Origin: Rhodosorus marinus CCMP1338 | Lineage: Eukaryota > Plantae > Rhodophyta | Reading direction: 5' to 3' | DNA length: 64,000 bases | Assembly (NCBI GenBank): GCA_029953675.1 | Contig: JAMWBK010000006.1 | Coordinates: forward strand, 1,736,001-1,800,000 | Part shown: positions 47,048 to 58,302 of the stretch, one piece after another | How the letters are laid out: each line of letters begins with the position of its first letter | Numbering within the stretch: the stretch's first letter is position 1 | The notes under the pieces: model-generated | Told to the model about the DNA's origin: nothing | The model's input: the letters and a program-made list of their open reading frames with translations, nothing else | Database searches by the model: none | Position numbers and translations under genes: made by a program

Positions 47048-48703
47048 ATGGCTGACTCTGTAGTTGATGGTGGTGCGGTGCCTGCACCTGGGATGTCTAT
47101 TGCTAATGCTCTGAACCATGCGTACATGAGAAGCATTGACTTTGTTTCCGGTACCCTGAACACTGCACTTGGCACTCTGGGAGGTGATAATCCGGATAAA
47201 AATATCTATTTGAAAGGGAGGTACGCACCGTTAACAAAACAATTTCATGAGATAGATTGCGAGCTCCTGGAAGGAGCGCTTCCGGAGTCGCTCAAGGGGG
47301 CGTACATGAGAAACGGGCCAAATGCTGCTTTAACACCGGAGGGCGGGTACCATCTGTTTGATGGAGATGGGATGGTGCATGCAGTTCGCTTCCGGGATGG
47401 GAAATTGTCATTCTCTAACAGATATGTGCGGACGAAAAGATTGGAGATGGAGCTCAGTCATGGACGACCCGTGTTCCTGAAGATCGGAGACTTTCATGGG
47501 GTGACAGGTCTTGGCAAGGTACTCCTAGCTCAAGCTTTGAGATACTTGAATATAGTGCCACCGCCTACTGGACTGTACCATACAGCGAACACAAGTATCG
47601 TATACCATGCGAAGAACGTACTAGCGCTTGGAGAGGGCGGAGCTCCGTACAATCTGCGAATGCTTTGCAATGGTATTGTTGAGACTCTGGGAGCAGTATC
47701 TACCAACATAGAAGGTTCCAAGTCCTTCACAGCGCATCCAAAGATCGACCCGGACAGTGATGAAATGGTGACTTTCGGTTACAACGTTGAAAACAAGCCG
47801 TACGTGAGAGTTGGGTTTGTGGATGCGGATGGTAACGCCGAGAAGACGATACTAGTTCATGGAGTTTCGCGGCCTGTGATGATCCACGACATGGCACTGA
47901 CGAAGAACTACGTATTCGTGTTCGACATGCCTTTGATTTTCGACCCGGCAGTGATGGTGAAGGAGAACAAACTGCCGTTTGCATTGCGTGAGGATATTCC
48001 AGGACGCTTTGGTTTGCTTAGAAGAGACGCCGTGGACGATAAGACGATGGAATGGTTCGAAGTACCTGGAGGCTTCTGGGTGTCCCACGAAGCTAATGCC
48101 TGGGAGGACGAAGAATCGAAGAAAGTTCACCTGGTTGCGATTAAGATTAGTGGATTTGACCTTGATAGCGTGTGGCAAGAGGAAGATAGGGAGAAACCTT
48201 ATCTAGCACACTGGAGCTTCGATCTCGAGAAGAAGGAGGTTACGCATCGGCGTCTTCTTTCAGACGAGGGTCAGGTTATGGAATTCCCTGTAATCAATCC
48301 GAGGTATAAAAGCAAAAAGGCCAAGTACGTGTGGGTTAACCTTGCCGAGCGGATGAATGATGACTACTACTTTGTGAGGATAGGGAAGGTAAACGTAAGA
48401 GCTGGCTTGCTGGACGCGGATGACGGATTGGAAGCGGTCATTCACCTTCCTCCGGGACTCAACTGTGGTGAAATGCGCTTCGTGCCCCGCCATGAAGATC
48501 CAAGCATGTGCGATGGCGAGGACGATGGGTTCTTGATCGGATACGCGCACGAAAATGATAATTCCGGTGCTTATTTTGTTGCGTATGACGCCAAAACAAT
48601 GTCTTCCAACATGCTGTGCAAATTCAGAATGCCAACGAGAATACCTTTCGGCTTTCATGGCTATCATATCAACGAGTCAGAATTTGTCAAGCAGCTCGCT
48701 TGA
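47048..48703 (+). CDS. Carotenoid cleavage dioxygenase (RPE65 family, CCD1-like), intronless
   Basis: GAYMRNGPN, YHLFDGDGMVH, four Fe-ligand His (FTAHPK, MIHDMA, VSHEAN, PFGFHG), GEMRFVPR...EDDGFLI. Confidence 0.94.
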   Translation: MADSVVDGGAVPAPGMSIANALNHAYMRSIDFVSGTLNTALGTLGGDNPDKNIYLKGRYAPLTKQFHEIDCELLEGALPESLKGAYMRNGPNAALTPEGGYHLFDGDGMVHAVRFRDGKLSFSNRYVRTKRLEMELSHGRPVFLKIGDFHGVTGLGKVLLAQALRYLNIVPPPTGLYHTANTSIVYHAKNVLALGEGGAPYNLRMLCNGIVETLGAVSTNIEGSKSFTAHPKIDPDSDEMVTFGYNVENKPYVRVGFVDADGNAEKTILVHGVSRPVMIHDMALTKNYVFVFDMPLIFDPAVMVKENKLPFALREDIPGRFGLLRRDAVDDKTMEWFEVPGGFWVSHEANAWEDEESKKVHLVAIKISGFDLDSVWQEEDREKPYLAHWSFDLEKKEVTHRRLLSDEGQVMEFPVINPRYKSKKAKYVWVNLAERMNDDYYFVRIGKVNVRAGLLDADDGLEAVIHLPPGLNCGEMRFVPRHEDPSMCDGEDDGFLIGYAHENDNSGAYFVAYDAKTMSSNMLCKFRMPTRIPFGFHGYHINESEFVKQLA

Positions 48704-49193
48704 ACAATGAACGTAAACATAGATCTTCTAATGCAAAAAATTCCCAATTCCTGTCGCTAGTCCTCCCTGCTCCTTGCTCCTCGACTCAGAGTCTAATCAA
48801 AGTTCCTTCCTTGGTGAGATGTCATCGGGAACGGAAACTAATTCGATGCTGAGCTTCCATGTGGTAGGCGGTAGACAAGAGGATGCAACGCAATGATACA
48901 GTTTCCTTTCAGAGCAAATTGTGTGTGTTGGACAGAAATCATTCGATCATAGGCGCTGGGATTCCAGAAGAAGATGAAGGCTATGTCGGTGAGAGGTCGA
49001 AGGGAGGATATTGGGATAAATGTGGAGCGGCCATGGCAAACCCCGGACTGAAATGCTGACTTGACTGTGGCAGAGTTTCTAGAGCCGCTTACGTGTTATG
49101 GGGTAGTGAAAGTGATTCGAATACAGTGATAAATGTTTAATTTACTTTGACATACATATCTTAAACAGTTATAATTATCGAAGAACCTGGAAA

Positions 49194-52100
49194 CTACCAA
49201 TGAGTGTATTCATCCAGGAAACGTCCGAGTTTAAACTCTGGCTTTCTAGCGGCTCTGCGAATGAGGTACTTGCGAATCTCGTCGTAGAACAACTCGAACA
49301 GCGCGAATGGAATTCCTGGCAGCCAATGTACAAACCGGATTGGTGCAGTTCCTATGATCGTTTGGATGAACGGCACGTACGCGATGATCACCGCCAGCAG
49401 AGTTTCGAGGACTAGGCCAAAGTTGAGGACCCAGTTCCACATGCCTTGCTGGAAGATGGATAGTGTCCTTGTCTTCGTGATCAGTAGATCGCCCCACTGC
49501 ACAATGATGATTGCGACGAAGTAGGCGGTCTGTGCATGCCTCAGGGTCTGAGTTTGCTGCTCGCTGGTCCAGAGTTCGAAACATCCGGAATCTCCAATGT
49601 TGTCATTCTGTTCTCCGGTGTTGATTCCTGTGTAGTAAACAGAGCCTTCGTTCACGGAGCTGTCAAAGCAGCTCAAGTCGTTCTTCAGAAGCTCGTTGTT
49701 CACTTCACAGGTGAATGCCATGCATGATGGTTGCTGCGTCAGGAAGCCCACAATCTTGAACATATTATTGAACTGCTCGTTAACAGGAGTGCCTGGTACG
49801 CTCGCCAGAAGACTGCTTGACTCCACAGTCCCTGGCGTGCTTGGCAATTCATCAAACACCGCAGTCGTCTGTTGGATAAATCCAGTCGGAGGCTGGCTGC
49901 TGAAAAACTGGCTGAAGTCGCTTTCGTTGTTGAACCAAACCCTCATATTTGCAGCCTGGTTAAAGGAACTCTTCTGCGCAATAAGCCATCTCTGGTCCTC
50001 TTGTACGGACGTTGCGAAGAAACTGTTCACGTCCAGGTTGTTTAGAGTACTGGGGCTCAGGCCATAGTCGTTGAATACGATGAAGTACGCAAACAATCCC
50101 GCTAGGGCCTGGATGACTCCAATCTGGAAGTAGGCGAACGAAATTAGCTTCCTGTTCACCAGTCGGTCCTTTCCGGCGCGGCGAGGCTTCCTCTTCATGA
50201 TATCGTTCTCTGGCTTCTCATAGGCGAGGGAGATCGCTGGCACCACATCTGTTCCAAGATCAATCAGGAGAATCAAGAAGACAGACAGCGGGATTGGAAT
50301 GCTGATTAGAATGAACAACAGGAACGGGATGAGCTCGGGAATGTTGGATGACAGCGTGTAGGAGATTGATTTCTTCAGGTTGTCGAAGATAAGCCTGCCC
50401 TCCTCTACGGCATTCACGATTGATGCAAAGTTGTCGTCGAGCAGGATCATGTCCGCAGCTTCCTTGGAAACATCTGATCCTGCAATACCCATAGCAACTC
50501 CAATGTTCGCCTGCTTCAGAGCCGGAGAGTCGTTCACGCCATCTCCTGTCACCGCGACGATCTTTCCCAGCCTCTGACAGTTCTCCACGATGATCAGCTT
50601 CTGTTGAGGCGACGTCCTAGCAAACACGATCTGCTCTTTCGCAAGAATGCGATCCCAGTCCTCCTCGTCTAGATCCTTAATAGCCCATCCAGGTACTACT
50701 ACAGCTTTTGCCTCGCTATCGTTAACTTCATCAACACTACATCCACGCTCAATCGCAATGTCCTCGACCGTCTGATCCTTAATGATATTCACGGACTTCG
50801 CAATAGCTTTGGCAGTTGCTGGATGGTCGCCAGTAACCATGATGACCTGAATACCTGCTTCCTGGCAGGTCTCAACTGCGTATGGAACGGACTCTCTAGG
50901 TGGATCCAGCAGAGAAACCAGTCCAACGAAGCACAGCTCGCCCTCCATGATCTCATCGAGGAAGTTTTCGCGTTCCGAATCAAATTCGTAGTCGGGACCG
51001 AACTTCTCCGGCAACATTCGCTCAGCGAAGCCAAGAACTCGTTCTCCATTTGACATCAAAACTCTCAGGTGGGCATCGATGGTTTCCTTGTCCTCAGCGT
51101 TCATGGGTACCACTCCTTCAGACTTGAGCATACGCGTGCATCGGCTAATTACTCGCTCTGGAGCACCCTTCATGAGCACACGGAACAAGCCGGACTCCTC
51201 GTCCTTGTTTACGGTCACCATGAACTTGTTCGCAGAGTTGAACGGAACACCAGACACCTGCGGGTTGTTTCTTCTGATGGGCATAACCGGTTCCAACTTC
51301 TCAGCAAACTTGAGAATACCAGCTTCTGAGGCGTCTCCGTTCACCTTTCTCTCGTCTATTGGTAGCTCAGGGTTCATTTCCATGTCAGCAGCATCGAAAA
51401 CAGCTTTGGCACAATTTGTGGCACCGTAGAAGAGCGTCTTGAAGGCAACGTTCTCAGTGTCAATATCAGATTCCGTTGTGCTTGTCTTCGCCGTATGCAT
51501 CTCCCCGTCATAAACCAGATGAAGAACCGTCATTCTGTTCTGAGTCAACGTTCCAGTTTTATCCGAGCAGATTGTAGTCGTCGAGCCCAACGTCTCCACG
51601 GACTCCAACTTCTTTACCAGTACATTTCGCTTCGCCATTCTCTTCGCCGTCAGGGTAAGTGACACCGTGACAGTCGCCAGCAGGCCTTCAGGAACGTTTG
51701 CAACAATGATTCCAATCGATCGCACAATGTTCTGGATGATATCAGATGACCGGAACAGTCCAAACACGAAGAATATTACTCCCAAAGAAATAGCTACCAC
51801 TGAGATCAGAATTACGAACGAATGGATTTCGATTTGCAAAGTCGTCTGCGAGTTTCCTGAGGAGGCGGCCAGACCGGCAATCCTTCCAAAGACAGTTTCG
51901 TCTCCCGTATTTACAACAATACCTTTCGCCGTTCCCTCGACAGCGAGTGTTCCGAAAAACGCCAGGTTCTTCGTCTCGAGGGGATTTGCATCGGTGCATT
52001 CAACCGTTCGAGCGAGAGGCTCCGACTCGCCAGTCAAGGAAGCCATTTCCACCTTCAGTTTACTGTTCTCAATGATTCGAATATCAGCTGGAATCTTGTC

Positions 52101-52721
52101 TCCAAGCTTAACCTCAACAACATCTCCAACCACCAACGACGATGCTTCAATTTCCACAACGTTCCCATCTCTGATGGCCAGCGCCTGTGGTGGAAGGAAA
52201 TTCTTGAACTTCTCAAGTGTCTTTTCTGAAGAGTGCTCCTGGAAGAAGGTGAACAGGGCTGTGAAGATGACGACGAAGTACAGCACGATTCCAAGGTACA
52301 AGTTGTCCGTATTCTCCGGTGTCAGAGCATATCCAATAAATGAAAGAATCGCCGCCACTTGCAAAATGATGGCGAAGAAGTTGGTGAACTGGAGCAGCAG
52401 CTTGATATACCACGGCGTGACTTTAGGTGGAGAGAGCTGGTTTGGGCCATCCTTCTCCAACCTCATCTTAGCCTCATCAGAGCTCAGTCCAGTTTCCACG
52501 TCTGTGCCAATTCTTTCGCAGAGCTCCTCAACCGTAACTTCATGCTGCCACATCTCCACCTCCTTCTTCAAGTTATCCTGTTCGTCATCCTGTCCCTTCT
52601 TCTTCTTCCGCTCTCTCCGACTCTTTCGATCCAGTTTTTCCTCAATCCGAGCCGAGGTCTCAGAGAAAGTGCGAACGATCTCCAGGTCAATAGCATCCTG
52701 CTGATTCTTGTCCGGATGCAT
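49194..52721 (-). CDS. ATP1A: P2C-type ATPase, Na+/K+-ATPase alpha subunit, intronless, with enlarged M7-M8 loop
   Basis: TGES, IVANVPEGLL, CSDKTGTLTQNRMTV, GDASE, PFNSANK, KGAPE, MVTGDH, FARTSPQQKLIIVE, TGDGVNDSPALK, SNIPEL, IDLGTD, QWGDLLITKTR, C-terminal aromatic end EYTHW. Confidence 0.95.
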   Translation of the reverse strand: MHPDKNQQDAIDLEIVRTFSETSARIEEKLDRKSRRERKKKKGQDDEQDNLKKEVEMWQHEVTVEELCERIGTDVETGLSSDEAKMRLEKDGPNQLSPPKVTPWYIKLLLQFTNFFAIILQVAAILSFIGYALTPENTDNLYLGIVLYFVVIFTALFTFFQEHSSEKTLEKFKNFLPPQALAIRDGNVVEIEASSLVVGDVVEVKLGDKIPADIRIIENSKLKVEMASLTGESEPLARTVECTDANPLETKNLAFFGTLAVEGTAKGIVVNTGDETVFGRIAGLAASSGNSQTTLQIEIHSFVILISVVAISLGVIFFVFGLFRSSDIIQNIVRSIGIIVANVPEGLLATVTVSLTLTAKRMAKRNVLVKKLESVETLGSTTTICSDKTGTLTQNRMTVLHLVYDGEMHTAKTSTTESDIDTENVAFKTLFYGATNCAKAVFDAADMEMNPELPIDERKVNGDASEAGILKFAEKLEPVMPIRRNNPQVSGVPFNSANKFMVTVNKDEESGLFRVLMKGAPERVISRCTRMLKSEGVVPMNAEDKETIDAHLRVLMSNGERVLGFAERMLPEKFGPDYEFDSERENFLDEIMEGELCFVGLVSLLDPPRESVPYAVETCQEAGIQVIMVTGDHPATAKAIAKSVNIIKDQTVEDIAIERGCSVDEVNDSEAKAVVVPGWAIKDLDEEDWDRILAKEQIVFARTSPQQKLIIVENCQRLGKIVAVTGDGVNDSPALKQANIGVAMGIAGSDVSKEAADMILLDDNFASIVNAVEEGRLIFDNLKKSISYTLSSNIPELIPFLLFILISIPIPLSVFLILLIDLGTDVVPAISLAYEKPENDIMKRKPRRAGKDRLVNRKLISFAYFQIGVIQALAGLFAYFIVFNDYGLSPSTLNNLDVNSFFATSVQEDQRWLIAQKSSFNQAANMRVWFNNESDFSQFFSSQPPTGFIQQTTAVFDELPSTPGTVESSSLLASVPGTPVNEQFNNMFKIVGFLTQQPSCMAFTCEVNNELLKNDLSCFDSSVNEGSVYYTGINTGEQNDNIGDSGCFELWTSEQQTQTLRHAQTAYFVAIIIVQWGDLLITKTRTLSIFQQGMWNWVLNFGLVLETLLAVIIAYVPFIQTIIGTAPIRFVHWLPGIPFALFELFYDEIRKYLIRRAARKPEFKLGRFLDEYTHW

Positions 52722-54312
52722 GCACTTCCAAAATTATAAAGAAATAAGAAACTTCAAACCCGCGAACCACAACCACTTACAATCGATCCAAATAATCCAA
52801 GTAGCCCCAAATCCAAAACACACTCACAAAAACTCAATCGCGTATACTTAGTTCAATATAGTGCTGCCATCGAAGTCCAACCCAACCATCACTAGTTTTA
52901 TACTCATCACCAGTAACCCCACTGAACCTTCAGCTTCGGTCAGAGCAAGTTCGATCTAGGCTGAGCAGCAATGTTCGTCATAAGCAGAAATGTCCCTAAG
53001 CAAAAAAATACGCTTCAAAATATTCTGTTATACAATTCTCTCAATCCAATCATGATCCCGAATGGATTTGATGCGCCGCGGATTGTTCCTTTCCAGAAAT
53101 CCATTGGAAGCATTGACAAACTTGGCTTACTATTATTGGATAAAACAGATATCTCCTGATATCAGGAAAAAATGGATTTTCATGATTAAGAGAAAAGCAA
53201 GTCTATATTTGGCCAAATACCCGTTCGTTAAATTCATTACAGGAAGTTTTGGACTGCCAAAGTTTCAAAAAAATTACCTCATTTGTATTAAATTCAATGT
53301 ACACGTATTTTTATTCCTGAGCAGGAACCCGCAAACTTGAGGGGGGGTGAGAAATCCAACAACTCCATCTAAAAAGGCTAATTATTTAGAAATTAATGGC
53401 TATTTTCAAAATATAGGAAAATATAACCCCTATCGATGTTTATTGTATTTTATTCAATTGTACAATCTTTTAGATTATAAATTAAAATTGTTAATAATTA
53501 AGAGAGATGCAAATTACTCGAATATGAAGAAAATTAGTACAATCTAAAAAACATGCTCAAATAATTATGGATAATTGGTTACTTGTCGAGGTGGAATTTC
53601 TCTTCAATACAGGAGTTGATGAAATTCTGTCAGCTGAATGGCTGATAGCAAATATTGAATGTATTTCATTTTAAGAATCCGTTTGACAATCCATCTAGAA
53701 TCCATTTGGATTTCATCGTTGTCAGCTCGCTCACGAACGCTCAACGCACGGAAGCGATCACCTGGATCCTCTTGGGTGTCAGATGCTGAGTAGACTGGGA
53801 GTAGAGCGACATCGGCATGATTAACTAGTGACGTGCTTATCGTTTTCTCTGGAGCCTTATTGCGTGTCGAAATGTTTAAATGCAATTCTGAAATAGGATC
53901 ACGTCGTCAGCCTGTGATACATGAAACATGGTGGGAAAGCGCATTCCCTTCTCTGTCTACCTCTGTAGAAGCGCACAGCTAGTAGCAGCTGGCGGGCCTG
54001 ACGGATAGGCCTTTGCTCTTCTTTGACATCTCGCAGATGTGGTGACAGTTGGCTCTGGACCATTGGTCTGGGATGTGCAACCATTGCGTTTGGAATTGAA
54101 TTCATGTCCAGGGACCGAGCCCCGGAATGGCTTGTTATGGTCTGCATGTGCGTTCTTTGAAGTTTCCAGAATATTCTTCGAGTTTCTATGCCTCTATGTG
54201 AGACTTGCCGTGATCGTTCTCGCTGCTTATATCAGTGGTCGTTAATCAGAGCTTTGTTGAGATCGTGGCATGGTACAGATCAAAAGTATAGTTGTTTAGG
54301 ATAGGTAGAAGA

Positions 54313-54651
54313 ATGAAGTTGTCACGGCCAAGGATAAGTTCTCCAATTCGAAGGAATGATGAAGGAAGGGTAGCTCTTTTCGGACTCACTGGCATGGAGT
54401 GGCTCAAGGTATGTTGTTTTTCACATGGATATTCTGTTTCGTTGGATGGGCAAACACGTGACGTGCGGCTAACGATGATATGTCTAAATCGCTCTCCCTC
54501 TTTTCCGCAGAGCATTGTCGCGCTGCTGCTTCTTTACGTCGTGCTAGCCGGATTTTTCACTGGAATGCTCTTTGCGGGTACTGGCATTAGGTCCGCTGGC
54601 GGAGTATTTGAGCGCCCTGGTACGGAATTCCCTTCGCAGATTCAGACCTGA
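54313..54651 (+). CDS. Miniature Na,K-ATPase beta-subunit-like peptide (~78 aa; exons 54313-54408 and 54511-54651); an additional 5' exon cannot be excluded
   Basis: GT-AG intron 54409-54510 with GCTAAC branch point and pyrimidine tract; spliced product MKLSRPRISSPIRRNDEGRVALFGLTGMEWLKSIVALLLLYVVLAGFFTGMLFAGTGIRSAGGVFERPGTEFPSQIQT*; gapless match to the beta-subunit [11 protein letters not shown]...[10 protein letters not shown] segment (human sequence recalled from memory). Confidence 0.7.
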   Translation: MKLSRPRISSPIRRNDEGRVALFGLTGMEWLKVCCFSHGYSVSLDGQTRDVRLTMICLNRSPSFPQSIVALLLLYVVLAGFFTGMLFAGTGIRSAGGVFERPGTEFPSQIQT

Positions 54652-56141
54652 GCAAGATTTCTTTAGTACCAAGCAAGATCGTGCGGGCTCTTGAGACCAG
54701 CAGTACGAAAAATGATATGTCTTTTCGAAAGCGTATATGGCTGCTTCAATGTAGCACATAATCTCCGGTTTCGGCCGTTTTTTGTCGTCGATCTCTTTTC
54801 TTGTTAATAGAAAGTAAACCAAAGGAATGCTTGTACAGTATAACGAGACTTCGGGAAATCAATGGGCTTTTGCCTGAGGGCCATAGACAAGTTTGGGTCC
54901 GAGCTAGGCGCTCGACATCAACTGAGTTCAGACGGCCAAGCTAACAAGCAGCTCACGATTGAATTGATATTGTTGTAGAGGGTAGTCAAAATATGATGTT
55001 TTAAGCCGCTAGAACCTCATAGTGATCCAACCAAACACTGTTACATAGCCATGGCTAGCTTAGTTGTCGAACATTCAGGGATGGATTTTGTTTTTGAAAG
55101 TTGCTCGATCCCAACTATGGCGTCACCGAAATTTTTGGATGTTGAAGAAGCGGCATCAAGCGGGTTAACTCAAGTAAGCGTATTAGTACAGACAATGGAA
55201 GCCTTAGATATTTAGATGGAGTACATGGGAGCTGAAGCTGGGAAACTACGCAAGCCCGGCTCATGATAGAGAGCAGGGCATAGGTGTACGTCTCTGTGGG
55301 AAGGTCTACTATGGCATACAGGCCATGGAGGCAACGATAAGTTGCTCAGTCAACGAGTGAACCTGATGGTGGCCACATCAGGCCGTCGCGTGAGAGACAG
55401 ATACCAGTCTCCCACAATCCACGGAGTATCCGGACTAGAGCTACCAGATCTCAGGGAGCTCAGGGAACTCAGGGACGCTCGCAACCTGTTGAAAAAAGTT
55501 TGATGCGCTTGAGCATCATCGAATTCTTTCCAAACCCTATGAAGGAGGCAGTGGTGAAAGTCTTTTACAATGGCCAGATGACCACTTGCGGAGCCAGTGA
55601 ACAGATACATCTGGAGCTCAAGGGCCTCTTGCATGTGAATCATAATCTGATACGTACCTACTTGTTTTATAACAAAATCTCAAAATTTAGATCGGGCCAA
55701 ATTTTTGATAGCAGCTTATCTTCAAACTCAACTGATTACAATATATTAAATAAGTTAATTGAATATTTAGCCTTCTAGAAATACTGTTTCAAAAAACTAT
55801 TTGATCAAAGCGTCCCGAGATTGTTAAAATTGGATATTGTTAATTTAATTTTCAAAATATTTTGTGATAGAAGGATATTTTGGATCTATATTCTGGTAGC
55901 AATACTTTCTAGTTTATGAATTCTATTGTGGGTAAGAGCTTTTTCCGTAAGTTTCTGGATTCGTCTTCAGAGAGGAGAAAGGGGAGGTTTGTGACATACA
56001 TAGACGTCCGGTGCTTCTTTGCTAGTGGTAGAGGATGGGAAGGTAGGAAGTAAGGTTAAGAGAATGAAATCTACTGGGAAGGAGGACGTGTGATTTAAAT
56101 CTTGGGTTTTGAAGGGAGAGTATTTAGGGAAGAAGCAAGAA

Positions 56142-57543
56142 ATGGCTTATGATCCGTATGGGTGCAGTTTGTATGTTGGGAATCTCGATGCGAGGGTTTG
56201 TACGGAGCTTTTAGAAGAGATATTCAACTTGGTAAGTAAAAAATTTCATCCTTGCTTGATTTAGGTTTTCGTCGTTTTCTGAAGTTTTTGGTGGCGTGAA
56301 ATGAGAGATAAAGGCGCGAGCTTGGTTGAGGAGATCTCGGCGCTTGGATCGAGCACTGAGTAGTCAGCTCATGTTATTTTTTTGTTTTCGATTCTCTTCG
56401 TGTGTTCAGGCTGGGGAGGTGAAGCTGTGCAAGGTTGTTGGGGATAAGAACACTGGACACAGCTTAGGATTCGGATTTGTTGATTTCGCAAATCGACAAA
56501 CGGCATCTTCGGCGCTGGAAAAGTTCAACGGTAGAATAGTGTATGGACAAGAGATAAGAGTTGACTGGGCCCACACGGGCACAGGAGCTGCGGGAAAGTT
56601 TATCAATCCGAACCAAGAGGATATTTCTGGTCACTACTGCCTTTTCATTGGAAATTTGAGTTCAGATGTAGAGGATCAAATGCTGTTTGATGCGTTTGCA
56701 GCATTTGGTTCCTGTTCTTCGGTGAGGTTTTTACCCTACATCTGAAACATTTGATGAATTTCGTCGTTGGACACTGAGAAGAAACCCTTTCCGTGCTTTG
56801 AACAGGCCAAAGTTTCCAGGGATCCCGAGACGCAGAGAGTTTCTGGGTATGGTTTCGTTTCTTTCAGAGAAAGGAAAGATGCTGAGAGTGCTATAGAGGG
56901 GCTCAATGGTCAGACTGTTGGGCAAAGACAAATTCGTGTGGACTGGGCGCGCACGAAAACGAATGCTGCAACACGAGCTGCTGCCATGGGGCTCCCAGAA
57001 CCTCCGAGAGGAGAAGACGGGAAAAGGGAACCCTTGGACTATGAAGCGATTCTTCGTCAAGCCGATCCCCAGAACATCACTGTCTACATATCTGGACTTC
57101 CATCTAATTGCGAGGAGCAATCTCTGATGGAGATCATGCGTGAATTTGGAACGGTGGAAGACCTCCGGATTCCCGAGTCGAGCCGCAACAGCGCCATGGA
57201 TAAGGCGTACGCTTTCGTCAAGTATCGGACCCACGAAGAAGCCGCTGGCGCCATTCATGCATGCCAAAGCAAGGAGTTCAATGGAAAGCCTATGAGTGTC
57301 ACCTGGGGTCGTGAAAGTATGAGATCCCGAGGTCCAAGACATCACCACAACAACTACCACCAGAACCCCAGTCCGTATGGAATGCAGCCGTTTCCAGGTC
57401 AGCCCGGCCCTGGTTTTGGACCCCCGCAGGGCGGTAACCCTTATGGACAGAACTACGGTTACCAAGGAGGATACAAACAAAACGCACCACCAAATCCCGT
57501 GCGTGGTTCTCCGCACTTTGCACCGCGGCAGGCTCCTTACTAG
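56142..57543 (+). CDS. Three-RRM oligouridylate-binding protein (TIA1/UBP1/Pub1 family), three exons
   Basis: SLYVGNLD | ...GFGFVDF...EIRVDWA...LFIGNLSSDVEDQMLFDAF | ...GYGFVSF...RQIRVDWARTK...ITVYISGL...YAFVKY...SVTWG; Gln/Pro/Gly/Tyr-rich tail. Confidence 0.9.
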
Positions 57544-58302
57544 CCCCGCGGCTTGCCGAGAACTAACTATAGGACGTGAACGGTTGTCACTCATCTCGGG
57601 CATTCAACTCTGGCTTTGACACTTCAATTGACTGTTTTCTGCTCTTTTAATATGTACATTTTTCTTTTTCCCGAGCCCAAAACAAAAGTTTGTGAAGGAC
57701 GAGAAAGAGAATCAATAAGCTGGTAAACCAAAAAAAAAACAAACTTATCTCTTTCATCTGTTTCAACAAAAACGTTGGCAATTGTCTCCTTGTAACTACG
57801 GGAGCTACGTTTGATACCACATTTAGCAGCATCAGGAACCAATAGATCCACGTGAGGTCACTACCAGACCATTTTGCAGGCATATGCGTCATCGTTCAAC
57901 TTTCAGCTCTAGTCCGAACCTCGAAGAAGACATGCCCCCGGGAAGGAGAAGCTTCATACCTCTTAATCAACCGAAACAGAGCACAAAAATTTCCAAACAA
58001 AATTTTCCTTCCGCCAATCCCCAACTAGCTCTCACCGCAACCGCCGTTTCTCATGCACATCGGGGCTCGGGAAGACGTCGATGACGGATCAGGTCACGTC
58101 TCTTGCGTACATACTCACTGATAACGCTATTTCAGTTCTTTTCTAGTAGTCGCAGCATACTCTGACGCTGATAGGAAGGCTCCAGTTTGTCCACACCCTT
58201 TGATCGGAATCGACTGTTGACGGGGGAGCTCGACGACTTCGTGGTGGAAAGGCAGTTCATGGGAAGTGGGAATCCGCCGGTCCTCGCAAGCTGCTCTCAT
58301 CC

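Noticed and set aside
51667-52704. 345-aa plus-strand ORF
   Set aside because: Antisense shadow of the Na+/K+-ATPase coding sequence; no independent motifs.
54700-55643. Possible minus-strand gene downstream of the mini-beta
   Set aside because: Protein-like fragments but no coherent splice model or family.
56731-57603. 290-aa minus-strand ORF
   Set aside because: Antisense to the RRM protein's last exon.
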